A stretch of DNA of 64,000 bases from Isurus oxyrinchus (lineage: Eukaryota). Within the stretch, counting starts at the first letter, position 1; the number at the start of each line of letters is the position of its first letter. The notes beneath the pieces were generated by a model. It did not search any database. It saw only the letters and a program-made list of their open reading frames with translations, and was not told the DNA's origin. The DNA lies in the NCBI GenBank assembly GCA_026770705.1, contig JANJGN010000026.1, forward strand, positions 5,704,001 to 5,768,000, written 5' to 3'. Made by a program: the position numbers and the translations under genes. Positions 11,321 through 25,600 of the stretch are shown here, one piece after another.

Positions 11321-14300
11321 TAATGTAGCACAGAGACGTTGAAGGTGGCAGTAGTTGCAAAATCTTTGTAGAGGAAAGAGAAGTTAGAGACTGAGTGTTT
11401 GCTTAGAGGGACTGAAGCGTCAGGGTTGTTTTTTTTACGGAGAGAGGGGTGATGGCTACAGATTGGAACAGCAGATGAACAGTGACTAAGCGGATGGGGT
11501 TATTTACTATACCAGCAACTGAGGAACATGGTGAGGAAGTTCGGTGTTCTGCCGTTTTCTGGGAGTAAGGTGAACCGAGCAGGTGAGGGGTCTCATGGAC
11601 AAGTTGAGAGGATGTGAGGTACAAAAGTCGAGGAAGGTGTGAATTCTGGACAGTCAGGGACGAATTTAGGGGACTTTTGCCGGATACATTAAGAGAAGGG
11701 GCAGTGGGACCGGCAGCTAAACAGTCTCAATCTTTGTGGCAAAGTTCTTCAAGAGTCTCTCACACTTACTTTTAGAGTGAAGGTGGAGGGAGATGTTTAT
11801 ACATTATTTGTAGCATTGGAACAAGTTGGGATTGATTTTGGATTTCAGAATGACTGGAAGAGTGAGCAGTTTTGCTTCGGGTGAATCCGAAGCGAAAGTG
11901 CTTTCTGTGCTCAGGCCGGATCCCCCGTTGACTGTTTAAACCAATCATTTTCCATTGACACTTTGACCGGAATTTTGGAAACCCGCCCCCAACACCTATC
12001 CCACCCCCCGCGGCGGTGCTGCCGAGCCATTGACATCTCCATTCACATCTGCGGGACCTGGAGATCCTGTTGACGTGAAGGGCTGGAAAATTGCGCTACA
12101 AGTGCGGGTTACTGGACTATACAGGTCCTGAGGTGATGGCCGTACCAGGGAGACTGCCAAGGATAAGAAAGAAACATAACGCAAAGGATACCAAAGATGG
12201 GGCTGAGAAGGTGACTGAACGGATTGGGAGCTGCAGGAATGCAGCAGTGTGGGGGCCGGTTAACATCCAATTGGTTTGGAATTTGGAACTAGGTGTAGCT
12301 CCTCCTCCCACTCCCCAGTTACCCGGATGGTGAAACAGACAATCTACCAGACAGAGAGAGATTACGTCAACTCATCCTATCAACAGGAAAAACTCAACAA
12401 GCTATCAGTAAATTGATTGAGAAACTTGAAGTAGTGTCATAAAGTCTCAGCTACTCTCCCACACCCTGATCACCAATACTCAGCTTGGGATATACCTGAA
12501 ACATCCCGATGGAAAAACACAATTTTCACATGCAGTTCACATGCAGAAATCATTTCAATGGGAGTCAAAGTACACTCAAGAGCTGATTCTCCTGCTGCCC
12601 ACTCAGCACCCAACCCACAAACCCATCAAACACCTGGAACTATCAAATCTGAAATATGATGCAAAGCTCAGTAATCATCTGGGTGGGTATCACAACGTCA
12701 CACAATGAGCAGAATCACGTTCTAGTACAGAATAGATGGTTTATCAGTGACCGTCCATTATTGGACTCAATATTCACCACCTCTCCTCTGTGGATGCAGG
12801 AAGCATGACTCCAGGAACAGCTTTCCCAAAACCTGGGCTTACTTTGACAATATTTCCCCAACTTCACAGCGAAAAGGCGAACAGCTGCAATACCGTTAAC
12901 TCCAGCAACCACAACCATTCTCCACAAATGGTGAGATCCACTATTTCTAACGCACAATCCGGATTTGCACAGATAAGCCCGCCCTTCATCAATGTTTAGT
13001 CAGAGTTCTGGAATTCCCTCACAACAGGTGGGAGCACCTTTAGCAGAAGGACTACAGCAGCTCAGCAAGAAGACCCAGCACTAGCTTCTCAGCTCTCCTC
13101 TGGATAGACAATAAATAGAACATCGTACCAATCACCATTTCCCAAGGACACATTCAGAAAACCATTTCAGTGGGAGAGGAACTATGGTCTACCATTATGA
13201 ATAAATTAAGGCAGAGGCAGGGAGGGAATTGATGTCTGCCGGCAGAAACAGGAATGGAGTAAAAGGCTGGGGTGAAAATGGAATCTGTAAGTAGGAAGGG
13301 GAACTGATTTATCTAGGGAAGGAATAGAGTCAGGTGTCAGGGAGGTGAATAGAGTTTGTGAAAAGAGTATGGAGGTTGTGGCCAAAGCCAAAAATGATGA
13401 ATTCAGTTACATTTCTGAAAATATCATTAATAGTTTGAATCATTTGTTGACACTTGAACCTTTACAACCAATGCACTGCAAACTGCAGACGAATTGTTTC
13501 AAGGCGAACTTTGTACGTACAATGCAAAATCCGATTTAACAAACAGACTCATACTTTCAATAGAGTGATGATCTGAGCAGTAAATAATAGACAGTGGGGC
13601 AACAGTAACTGTGTAAACACTTCTGGAGCAGCCTTTCTCCTGCTTCTGGGAACTGAACAGATGAAAAACTGACAGAGCGATTATGAGACTGGAATTATCT
13701 AAAGATTCCACTGTTCACAGTCCTACATTTATAATCAGCTGGAATTGTTTATACTAAGAGGAGCTGTTGGATAGTTAATGTGGATCATAGAAATCTATGG
13801 AACTGTCACTGAACAAAGGAAAAATGTAATTAATCCGTCCAAATACAACAGATTTTTTTTCTTGAACAGTGTAAAAGTTTCAATCCTCGCCCGACAATCT
13901 GGATTTGGTGACTCTAAGATAAAGCGGGAAATAGCGGAAGGGTAAGGTGTTGCCTGGAGCTGAGTCATTATTGGAGGTGTCACTAATTTCAGCGTTATTC
14001 GTGATCTGTATTCTACTCTGGTTTCTACGGAACAGCGTTGTTTACAATCTCCATCAGAACGTAACACCGATACCCACAAAACATATTTCTGATCAGATAT
14101 TAGGCTTCAGTTCAGAAATCAGATTGCAGCTGTTCAATAACTATAATCTATCAATAATATTTATTGTTTAAAATAGTCAACCAGGCAAATTATTTTTTAA
14201 AGAAATCAGTTGAAGCAACTCATGAAATATAGAAACGTTCAACCGTGAACAGGGAATCAGCAACCGATGAAATGTTAAATTACAGAAACACAGAGTATTA

Positions 14301-14416
14301 CAAGTCACAAAAGACAAGATATACAAAGGATACAATTAATCACCGCACCGAAAGCACTTGGACAGCAAGCACAGTGAGAAACGTGTTATAAATAAATTTC
14401 AAAAATAATGACTTAC

Positions 14417-14537
14417 CAGGAACACCAACAGCAGCGAGGAGCCGATAGTAACTCCTTTGTAAATCATAAATTACCCACAGAATCCGAAGTTCAGTTGGAA
14501 TATACCAGAACATGATCTCATTTTTTGTGAGATCCAA
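14417..14537 (-). pseudogene. Exon 1 of the GPR139-like pseudogene
   Basis: ...LQRSYYRLLAAVGVP-G|GTAAGT, a phase-1 donor homologous to exon 1 of the intact paralog (YYPFLATIGVP-G|GTAAAT). TTG at 14537 may be a mutated start; an in-frame ATG lies at 14513. Pairing with exon 2 at ~3364 is inferred. Confidence 0.75.
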
Positions 14538-14602
14538 TGATCACTGTTTGAACCGGAGATAACACTCTGACAAACATTCGTATACACATTGAACATAATG
14601 CC

Positions 14603-14642
14603 TTGATATAGGCGGAGCAGAGTCTCCAGTGATTCAATTAAA
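14603..14642 (-). promoter_or_regulatory. Putative GPCR core promoter (HD site + O/E-like + TATA)
   Basis: Minus strand TTTAATTGAATCACTGGAGACTCTGCTCCGCCTATATCAA; same layout and spacing as 33190-33226. Confidence 0.5.
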
Positions 14643-14916
14643 CAATACACTGAACTGCATTAGTCACAGTCGCTGAACAAACAACATGACTTTGTATGGG
14701 CACAATACCATAAAATCAACGTGGCCTTCCTGACAAGTTAATTCATCCAAAAGCAAGCACGTTACTTCAACAGCTTTTGCGAAATAAAGAGGCCAAGGGA
14801 ATCCTGCTGGCTTACAGCACTGATCAGAAATTGACAATTTCAATTCTCTGATTATTTCTGAGATAAAATTAAACCTGCAAATTGAGAATTTCAATTTATT
14901 TCTCAGGGAATGAAGA

Positions 14917-15023
14917 TAACAAAACAAAAGCAGAATTACCTGGAAAAACTCAGCAGGTCTGGCAGCATCGGCGGAGAAGAAAAGAGTTGACGTTTCAAGT
15001 CCTCATGACCCTTCAACAGAACA
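14917..15023 (-). mobile_element. Short Penelope-derived insertion
   Basis: Same family as 4494-4635; 9-bp TSD GAATGAAGA (14908-14916, 15024-15032). Confidence 0.85.
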
Positions 15024-15149
15024 GAATGAAGAAAGTAGGCGTGTGAAAGGATGGACAGGAGCAGTAATGGTCAGATAGCACGAAAGGGCATCGATTATCT
15101 AACGATAAAAAACGGAAACTAGGGGATTGGTAATTTTAAACTGTTGTCA

Positions 15150-15600
15150 GCTCTAACAGCTACGGTGGAACTGAGACCATGGACTGACAGTTGTTATTTA
15201 ACGTTAACGCTGACACTGTAAGTGATACCCTGGGGTACCAAACATCGTGTGATTAATAACCATGTAATATTGGTTTCCATGGAACTGGGACCCTGTCTAA
15301 CACGGTGATCTTTTAAAGTGATAAATAGGTTCAGCAATGAGCTGACAACAGATGCCATCGTCAAATGGTGACCATGTGATTGACATCTGGTGTTCTATTG
15401 GTCTTGTACCCGACACTTCAGTCCAACAGTGACCCTGTAACTGATAGCTCGAGCTACCATTGACTTTACACCTGGCAGTCCAGTCCAGCAGCCACTTTGT
15501 AACTGATGCTTGAGTCCAAAAATGACTTTCTACCTGATATCCCAGTATAACATTGATCATCTACCTGACACTTCCGTCTGGCAGTTACCTTGTGCTACGC
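15150..15600. repeat. Degenerate ~30-bp minisatellite
   Basis: Recurring units like GACACTTCAGTCCAACAGTGACCCTGTAACT. Confidence 0.55.
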
Positions 15601-15939
15601 ATGCCTAATGCTACAGTTCATGTTTTAGAATATATCCTTTATTTTTCGTAATGAAATATTTGACTGTAGACAGTGGGGAGGTCGGGTTGATAAGCTTGTA
15701 AAAGCTGCCCCAAAGTAAATGCATGTCAAACATTTACCGTTTACTTTGGAGATCATCACACTTAAAAAAAACTGGGGCCATATTTACCAGACGAAGCAAG
15801 TGATTTTCTTGACTAGAGAGTTTTAGGATGTAAGAAAGGGAAACAGAGAGAGAGAGGGAGAGAGGGAGAGAAAGACAGACAGACGGAGGGGGGAGGGGTG
15901 GGGTGGGGTAGAGAACGAGAGAGAGAAAGAGAGAGAGAG

Positions 15940-16660
15940 AGATGTGGATGTGAAGAGGATGTTACCTCTTGTGAGAGTCACCATTGAAAATAAGAGGTCA
16001 CCCATTTGAAACAGAGAGGAGTAGACTTTTTTTTCACACAGAGGGTCGTGGTACTTTGTAACTCTCTTCCAGAAAAGGTGGTGAAAGCAGAGTCTTTAAA
16101 TATTTTTAAGGTAGAGGTGGACAGATTCTCCATAAGACTATAAGACATCCATGCAAAAGAAGACCATTCGGCCTATCGAGCCTTCTCCGCCATTCAAAGA
16201 TATCATGACTGATCTGATAGTCTTCAATTCCAATTTCTTGCCTTTTCCCCGTAACCCTTTATCCCCTTACTGATTAAAAATCTGTCTATTTCAGCCTTAA
16301 GTATACTTAACAACCCAGCCTCTACAGTTCTTTGTGAGAAAGAATTCCATAGGTTCATTACCATCTGAGGGAAGAAATTCATCCTCATCTCTGGCATAAG
16401 TGGAGCAATCCCTTACTCTGAGATTATGCCTTCTAGTCCTATAGTCTCCCACAAGGGGAAACAGCCTCTCAGCATCCACCCTGCCAAAACGTCTAAGAAT
16501 CTTATATGTTTCAGTCAGGAAAACTCTTATTTATCTAAACTCCAATGAGCACAGCCTCAACCTACTCAACATCCCCTCATAAGAAAATCCCTCCATGCCC
16601 GGGACCAACCTAGTGAACCTTCTCTTCACTGCCTCCGATGCTAATATATATTTCCTTAAA
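15940..16660. mobile_element. Two CR1 3' fragments (+ 15940-16135, - 16135-16660)
   Basis: MDAERLFPLVGDYRTRRHNL on the minus strand; a similar segment on the plus strand; preceded by a GA-rich tract at 15845-15940. Confidence 0.7.
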
Positions 16661-16664
16661 TAAT

Positions 16665-19600
16665 GGTTTATAATTACGTTCTGAATGATTCCTCTTCAGA
16701 TTTAGATTGAATCAAATCTGCATTTAGAATAATTCAGATTCACATTCTTATTGATTCAGATTCACAATCAGAATGATTCAGATTCAAAATGAGAACCATT
16801 GAGTTACAGATTGTGATTGAATGATATGAACATTAAGAACGTGTCAAATTCACATTCAGATTCACATTCAGAATGATTTACGTTCAGATTTTTGCTCATT
16901 CACTTTAAAGTTGATTCATATTCAGATTCGGATTGATTCAGAGTCGAATTCAGAGCTATTCACATTCACATTCAGAATGCATCAGTTTCACTTTCATAAT
17001 GATTCAAATTCAGTTTCAGATTGTTTCAGATTCTAATTCAAAATGATTGAGATTCAGATTCAGAATTAGCAGATTCGCATTTTGGATGATTCAGATTCAC
17101 ATTTCTATCGATTCAGATTCCAATTTGGAATGATTCAGATGCACTTCCAGGTACAAACATATTCGGATTGAGATTCATTCAGATTCGAGCTGAGAATGAT
17201 TCAGAATGATTCACATTCACATTCGAAATTATTCTAACTCACATTCAAAATTCTTGAGTTTATGCTTCAGATTGCTTCATATTCACATTTGAAATGTTTC
17301 AGATTGACTTTGGGATTGTTTCATATATAGATCTTTTCATATTCGGATATACAATGAATCAGATTCCCATTCAGAATGACTTAGATTAGCTTTCACAATA
17401 TTTCTGATTAACATTCAGATTGATTCAGATTCACATTCACAATGACTCAGATTCACATTCCGATTCATTACGTTTCACGTTCATAATGATTCAGATTATC
17501 ATAGAGATTGATTCTGATTCAATATTAGCAACATTGTGTTAGAGATTCTGATTAAGTCATGTGAAATTTCAGGACATGTCAGATTCTTATACAGAATGAT
17601 ACTGATTCACATTCAGAATGATTCAGGTTAAGATCGATTCAGATTCACATTCAGAATGCTCCAGATTCAAACTTAGCACCGTTCAGTTACGGATTGTGAA
17701 TGAACCATTTGAACTTTCAGAACCTGTCAGATTCGTGTTCTGAATGATTCTGGTTCACATTTGGAACGGTTGTGATTCAAATTCTGGATCGTTCAAGTTC
17801 ACATTGAGATTGACCCATATTAGGAGTCAGGTTGAATCAGGTTCTAATTCAAATTCAGAATTATTCAGATTCACATTCAGAATGGTTCAAGTTCACATTC
17901 ACAACAATTCAGGTTCACAGTCAGATCGATTCAGATTCTCATTCAAAACGATTCAGTTTCATATTCTGATTGAGTGATATTCGGTGTCGGATTCATTCAG
18001 ATTCTGATTCAGAACCGTTCTTATTCACATTGAAAATTATTTAGATTCAAATTCAGAATGATTCAGAATTGGATTCTGATTAATTGAGCTTCGGATTCAG
18101 AATGATTCCGATTCTCATTTTGAATGGCTCATAGAGAAATTCAGAACGATTAGAATTGAATTATGATTTATTGAGATTAAAGTACAAAATAATTCGGATT
18201 CATATTCAGATGGATTCATATTTGGATTCAGATTGATTCAGATTCACCTTCAGACTGTTCCAAATTCACTTTGAGATTGTTTTATATTCAGATTCATGCA
18301 GATTCATGTTTGGGTATGCAATGATTCAGTTTCCCATTCAGAAAGATTTAGATTCATATTCAGAATAAGTCAGGTTCAGATTCAGGTTAATTTAAGGTCA
18401 CATTCAGAATGATTCAGATCCAAATTCAGACTGATCCAGATTCACATTCAGAATGATAATGATTAAGATGCAGATTGATTCGGGTTCTCGTGGAGATTGA
18501 TTCAGGTTTGGGTCAGATTCACATTCTGAATGCCTAAAATTAATATTCATAATTATCCAGATTCACGATCTGAATGATTAAGATTCACATTCATATTGAT
18601 TCAGATTCACATTGAGAAGTCTTCAGACTCATATTCAGAATGATTCAGATTCAGAATCCGAAACATTCAGATTGACAAAGAGATTGATTCAGATTTGGAT
18701 TCATCTTGATTCAGATTCACAGACAGCACGATTCAGATTCAAAATTAGTGTCATTGAGCTTTGCATTGTGATTGAATAATGGGTACAATCAGCATATTCC
18801 AGATTTTCATTTAGATTCCCATTGCAAAAGATTCAGATTGATATTCAGGTTGATTAAGTTTCACAATGAGACTGATTCACATTCATTTTCAGAATCGTAC
18901 AGGTTCACATTTGGATTGATTCAGATTCACGTTCAGACTAATTTACATGCAAACTGTCACCAATTCACATTCAGATTGATTCATCGTTGGATTAAGATCG
19001 ATTCAGAATCGGATTCAGATTCATTCAAATTCACATTCAAAATGTTCCAGATTCACTTTCAGAATGATTCAAACTTACATAATATTGATTCAGATTCTAA
19101 TTCAGAATTATTAAGATTCAATTTCAGAATGATCCAGATTCAGATACACATTCTGAATGATCCAGGTTCACATTCCTGCTGATTCAGATTCACATTCAGA
19201 TTGATTCAGTTTCAGATTTAGATTCACTTCAAGGTTCAATCATATTGGAATTCAGGTTCATTCAACTTCGTGTTCGGAATGATTCAGATTCGTGTTCAGA
19301 ATGATTCAGATTAATATTCAGAATGATTTACATTCACATTCGGAATGATTCCAATTTACATCCAAAATGATTGAGATCATGCTCCAGATTGATTCAAATT
19401 CACGTTTGGAATATTTCAGATTTATTTTGAAATTATTTCACATTCAAATTTGGATTGTTTCAGATTCAGATACACAATAATTCAGATTCCCATTCATAAT
19501 TATTTATATAAATACTCATAAAGGTTCTGACACATATTCAGGCTGATTCAGATTCACATTCAGGATGATTGAGGTTATTATAGAGATTGATTCAGATTCA

Positions 19601-22600
19601 ATATAAGCATAATTGAGATACAGATTGTGGCTGAGTCATGTATAAATTCAGAACCTGTCACGTTCATATTTAAAATAATACTGATTCACATTCAGAATGA
19701 TTCAGATTCAGATGGATTCAGACTCGCATTCAGAATTATTCAGATTCACATTCAGAATCATACACACTCATATTCAGAATGATTCAGAATCTCATGGGGA
19801 TTGATTCAGATTTGATTTCAGATTGACTCAGATTCACATTATGAATCATTCAGATTCAAATTCTGAATTATTCAGATTTAAAATTAGCAACATCAAGTTA
19901 CGGATTGCGATTGAATCGTGTGAACATTCATAACGTGTCAGTTTCGCATCCAGAATGATTCAGATTCAAATTCTGAATTATTCAGATTCACCTTGAGATT
20001 CACTCATATGTGAATTTGGGTTTAAGCAGGTTTGGATTCACATTCACAATGATGTAATGGCATATTCAAAATGATTCAGATTTACATTCAGAAAGATACA
20101 GATTCGGATTCAAATTGATTCAGTTTCTCATTGTAAATGATTCAGTTTCATTTTCAGATTGGTTCATATTCAGATTCAGATCCGGATTCACCATGATTCA
20201 GATTCATAATTGTAACAATTCGGATTGACATGGAGGATAATACAGGTTATTTTAGGGATTGATTCAGATTTTAATTCAGATTGACTCAGTTTCACTTTCT
20301 GAATGATTCTGATTCAAGTCCTGAATGACTTAAATTCAGATTGAGGTAGACTCATGTTAGGATTCTGGTTGAACCAGCTTAGAGTTCACATTCAAAATGA
20401 TTTAGATTCATATTCATAATGATTCAGATTCGCATTCAGAATGACTCAGATTCACTTATAAAATGATTAACTGTCAGATTCAGATTGATTCGGATTCGGG
20501 TCAGAATTACTTCGATTCGCATTTTGAATGGTACGTAGTGACATTCAGAGCAGTTCAGAATCGGACTCTCATTGATTCAGATTAACCTACAGAATGGTTA
20601 ATATTCACATGCAGATTGGCCCATATTTGGTTTCAGGATGATTCAAATTAACATTCAGAATGATTGAGGTACATATCCATAATATTTCCGATTCAGATCC
20701 AGAATGATTCAGGATGATTCATTTCACCATCAGCGTGTTTTAGATTTGCATTGAGATTGTTTTATATTCACATACAGAGTGATATATGTTCGGGTACAGA
20801 TTCCCACTTAGGTGGATTTAGATTCATATTCAGAATGTTTCATATTCACATTCAGATTAATTCAGACTCACATTCAGAATGATTCACATTCACATTCAGA
20901 TTGACTAAGATTCACATTCAGAATTATACACATTCGCATTCAAAATGAAACACATTCACATTCATTATGATCCGGATTAACATGCAAATAGATTCAGGTT
21001 TGGTCAAATTCACATTTGGAATGATTCAGATTCACATCGAGAGAGAATTAAAATTAGCACCATTGAGTTATGGATTGTGATTTATTCATGTGAACATTCA
21101 GGACATGCGAGATTCATATTAGGACTCTGGTTGATTCAGATTCCGGTTCACATTCAGAATGACTTAGTATCGTATTTAGTCTGGATCAGATGCAGATTAG
21201 GATTAAACCAGATTCACATTCAGAATAACACAGAATCACATGCATTTTCACATTCAGAATATAAGATTCACAGCCAGCAGGGCACAAACTCACATTCAGA
21301 ACGATACAGATTCACATGCAGAGTGATTCAGATTCCCATGTGAACTGATTCAGATTTGGATTCAGATTCATTCACATTGCAAATCATTCGGATTCACGTT
21401 CAGAATAATTCAGATTTAAGATTTGCACCACTGTGTTATGCATTTTGAGTGACTCACGTGAACATTCAGAAAGCGTCAGATTCACAGTGAGAATGATTCT
21501 GATTCACCTTATGATTCAGTCTCATGCTGAGATTGACTCATATTATGATTCAGATTGAATCAGGTTCGAATTCACATCCACAATGACTTAGATTCATATT
21601 CAGAATGATTCAGAATAACATTCAGAAGGATTCAGCTTTATCCAGATCCTGATTCAGAATGACTCAGATTCACATTTCATATGGTTCAGATTCACATTCA
21701 GAATGAGTCAGAGTCGGATTATGATCAATTGAGATTAAGTTACAGAATGATTCCGATCAGATTCGGACGAATTCAGATTCGGGTTCAGATTCATTCAGGT
21801 TCAGCTTCGGAATGTTATAGATTCACATTGAGATTGTTTCATATTCAGATTCGGTTTGATTCATGTCCTGGTGCACAACGATTCAGATTCTCATCAGAAG
21901 AATTTAGATTCGTATTCAGAATGACTCAGCTTCACATTCAAATTATTGCAGATTCACATTCAGAATAATTCAGGTTCACCTTTAGAATGATACAGATTCG
22001 GATTCAGATTGATTTATGTTGTCATTTTTAATGATTCCGTTTCGTATTCAGGTTGATTCATTTTCAGATTCAGACCCAAATTCACAATGATTAAAACTCC
22101 TAATCACAATGATTCAAGTTCACATTCAGGATGATTCAGGTTCTCATAGGGAGTGATGCAGATTTTGATCCAGGTGCACATTCTGAATGATCCTGATTCA
22201 ATTTCTTAATGATTCAGGTTGAATGAGATATGCTCATATCAGAATTCCGGTTGAATCAAGTTAGAAATCACATTCATAATGGTTTAGATTCATATTCACA
22301 ATGATGTTAGAATGATTAAGAGTCAGGTTCAGATTGATTCGGATTCGAATTCAGAATTATTTCCATTCACAATTTGAATGGTTCAGTTTCACATTCATAA
22401 TGATTCAGAATCGTGTTATGATTAATTGAGATTCACCAATGGAATGATTCTGATTGCCATACAGATCGATGCCTGTTCAGCTTCAGAATGATTCAAATTC
22501 ACATTCGGAATGATTGAGATTCATATACAGAATACTTCTGATTCAGAACAAGAATCATTCAGATTGATTCAGAAATATCTTCGGCTTGTTGTAGATTCCC

Positions 22601-25600
22601 ATTCAGATTGCTTCATATTCAGATACAGATTAATATATATTCAGGTACACAATGATTCAGATTCTCACTCAGAAGGATTTGAATTCATATTCAGAATGGC
22701 TTAGATTCACATTCAGATTAATTCAGATTCACATTCAGAATGTTACACGTTCATATTCAGAATGATGCACATAAATATTCAGAATGATACTGCTTAACCG
22801 GCAGAATGATGCAGGTTCCGATGGAGTTTGATGCAGGTTTGGTCAGATTCACATTCTGAATGATTCAGATTCACATTGAGAGTGATACAGACTTGAAATT
22901 AGTGCCATTCATGGATTGTCAATTAATTATTTGAACATTCAGAATGTGTAGGCTCATATAAGGATTCAGGCTCCGGTTCACATTCAGAATGATTTAGTAT
23001 CGTATTCAGCATGACTCAGGTTCAAATTAAGATTAAATCAGATTCACATTCAGAATGACTCAGATTTAAAACTAGTGCCATTGAGTTATGGATTTTGACA
23101 GAATCGTGTGAACATTCAGAATGTGTCAGATTCACATTCAGAACGATTCTGATTCACATTACGATTCAGATTCACATTGAGATTGACTCATATTATGGTT
23201 GTGGTTGAATCAGGTTCGAATTCACCTTCACAATGATTTAGATTAGTATTCAGAATGTTTCAGAATTACATTCAGAATGATTCAGATTCAGATTCAGGTT
23301 GATTCCATTTCTGATTCCGGATGATTCGGACTCATATTTTGAATGGTTAAGATTCACATTCACAATGATTCAGTATGGGATTTTGATTAATTGAGATCAA
23401 CATACAGAATAATACTGATTCACATTCAGATTAATTCACATTCGGATTCAGATTGATTCAGATTCGCCTTCTGAATGTTACTGATTCACATTGAGATTTT
23501 TTCATGATTAGATTCGGATTGATTCATGTCCTGATTCACAATGATTCAGTTTCCCATCAGAAGGATCTGGAATCATTCAGAATGACTCACCTTCATGTTC
23601 AGATTAATTCAGATTCACATTCACATTGAATCAGATTCACATTTAGAATGAAACACAATCACATTCGCAGTGATACTGATTCACATTCAGGGTAACTCAG
23701 ATTGAAAGTTAGAATGACTCCAATTCATGCTGAGCTTGACTCATTAGTATACGTTTTGTTTCAGGTTCGGATTCACATTCAAAATGAATTAGATTCATAT
23801 TCAGAACGATTAAGATTAACATTTGGAATTATTCATGATCAGATTCAGATTGATTCAGATTCTCATTAAAATGCATTTGATAAGGTAACGCGTAAAAAGG
23901 TTATTGCACAATATAGGATCTCAAAGTATTGGGGAAATGTACTAACATGGATTCAGCATTGGGTAACCCAGAGAAGGCAACGAGTCGGGATGAAAGGGTC
24001 TTTTTCAGGTTCGAAAGATGTAACTAGCGGCATTCCACAAGGATAAGCCCTAAATCCTTCATTATTTTCTATCTATATTAATGACTTGGAGAAGTGGGGA
24101 GAGTATAATGTTTCCAAATTTGCCAATGAAACAAAAATATGTGGGAGTGCAGGCTGTGATGAGGACATAAGGAATCTTCAGGGGGATATGGATAGGTTGA
24201 GTGAGTGGGCAAAAAATTGGAAGTTGGTGTTTAATGTAGGAAAGTGTGAGGCCATGCATGGCAGGAAAAATCAAAAGGCAGACCTTTATTTAAATGGAGA
24301 GGAACTCCACAAAATTGAAGCAAGAGTGATCTGGGTGTTCCTGTACATGGAAAACAAAACGTTAGCATGCAATTGCAGCAAGTAATTATAAAGGCAAACA
24401 GAATTTTTAGCTGTATTGCTAGGGGGTTGGAGTTCAAAAATAGCAAAGTCTTGTTACAACTGTAGAGGGTGTTGGTGAGGCCAAACCTGGTGAATTGTGT
24501 AAAGTTTTAGTCCCCGTATTTAAGTAGTGATATTCTGGCATTGGAGGCATTTCAAAAAGATTCAGTAGGCTGATTGCTAGGATGAAGGGGCTGACATATC
24601 AAGAACAGTTAAGCAGAATTGGATTTTATTCATCAGATTATAGAAGAATGAAGGGTTATCTTTTTGAAACGTACACGATTCTGAGGGAGCTTCACAGGGT
24701 AGATGTTGAGAAGATGTTTCAACTAGTGGGGAAATCTAGAACTAGGGGACATAGTTCCAGAATTGGGGGAACTCATTTAAAAATGAGATGAGACGGGATT
24801 TCTTCTCTCAGAGGGTAGTGAATGGCTCGAATTCTCTATCCCAGAGTGTTGTGGAGGTTAGGTCACTGCAAGCATTTAAAGAAGAGATAGATAGTTTTTT
24901 GAAATGTCAGGGAGTGGAGGCTATGAGGAACTGGTACGAAAGAGGAGTTGAGGCCCGGTTCAGATCAGCCATCTTCTTATAAAAAAGAAGGGCAGGCCTG
25001 AGAGGCTGAATGGCCTACATATGTTCCGTTTTTTTATGTTCCCATGTTCTAATAATTCTGTTTCATATTCAGGTTGATTATATTTTGAATGATTCCGATT
25101 TGGAGTGAGAATGATTCAGATTCACCTTTGTAATAATTCAAATTCACATTCAAAATGATTCTGGTTCATGTTCAGAAATGATCACTTGGAGGTTCAGACT
25201 GATTCCGACTCAAGTTCAGAATTTTGGAGCTTCTGATTCAGATTGAATCAGATTCTCAAACAAAATGTTTTATAATTTTGTTCAGAACGATTCATATTCA
25301 AATCCCAATTGACTCAAATTCACATTCAGAATAATTCTGAATTGAATTCGTAATGATTCAGATTTACATTCATAATGATTCAGGTTCACGCTCTGAATGT
25401 TTAATGGTCACATTCATATTGATTGAAGTTCATATTGAGAATTATTCAGATTCACATGCAGAAAGATTCAGACTCAGAAAGATTTCGATTCAAATTCAGA
25501 ATGATACACTGTCGGATTCAAATGGATGTAGACTCTGATTGAGAAAGATTCAGATTCACATTTATAATGACTCCAATTAAGATTCAGATCGTTTCCATTC

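Noticed and set aside
11870-11897. Hairpin TTTTGCTTCGG...CCGAAGCGAAA resembling a terminator
   Set aside because: The context is eukaryotic and repeat-derived; no function is supportable.
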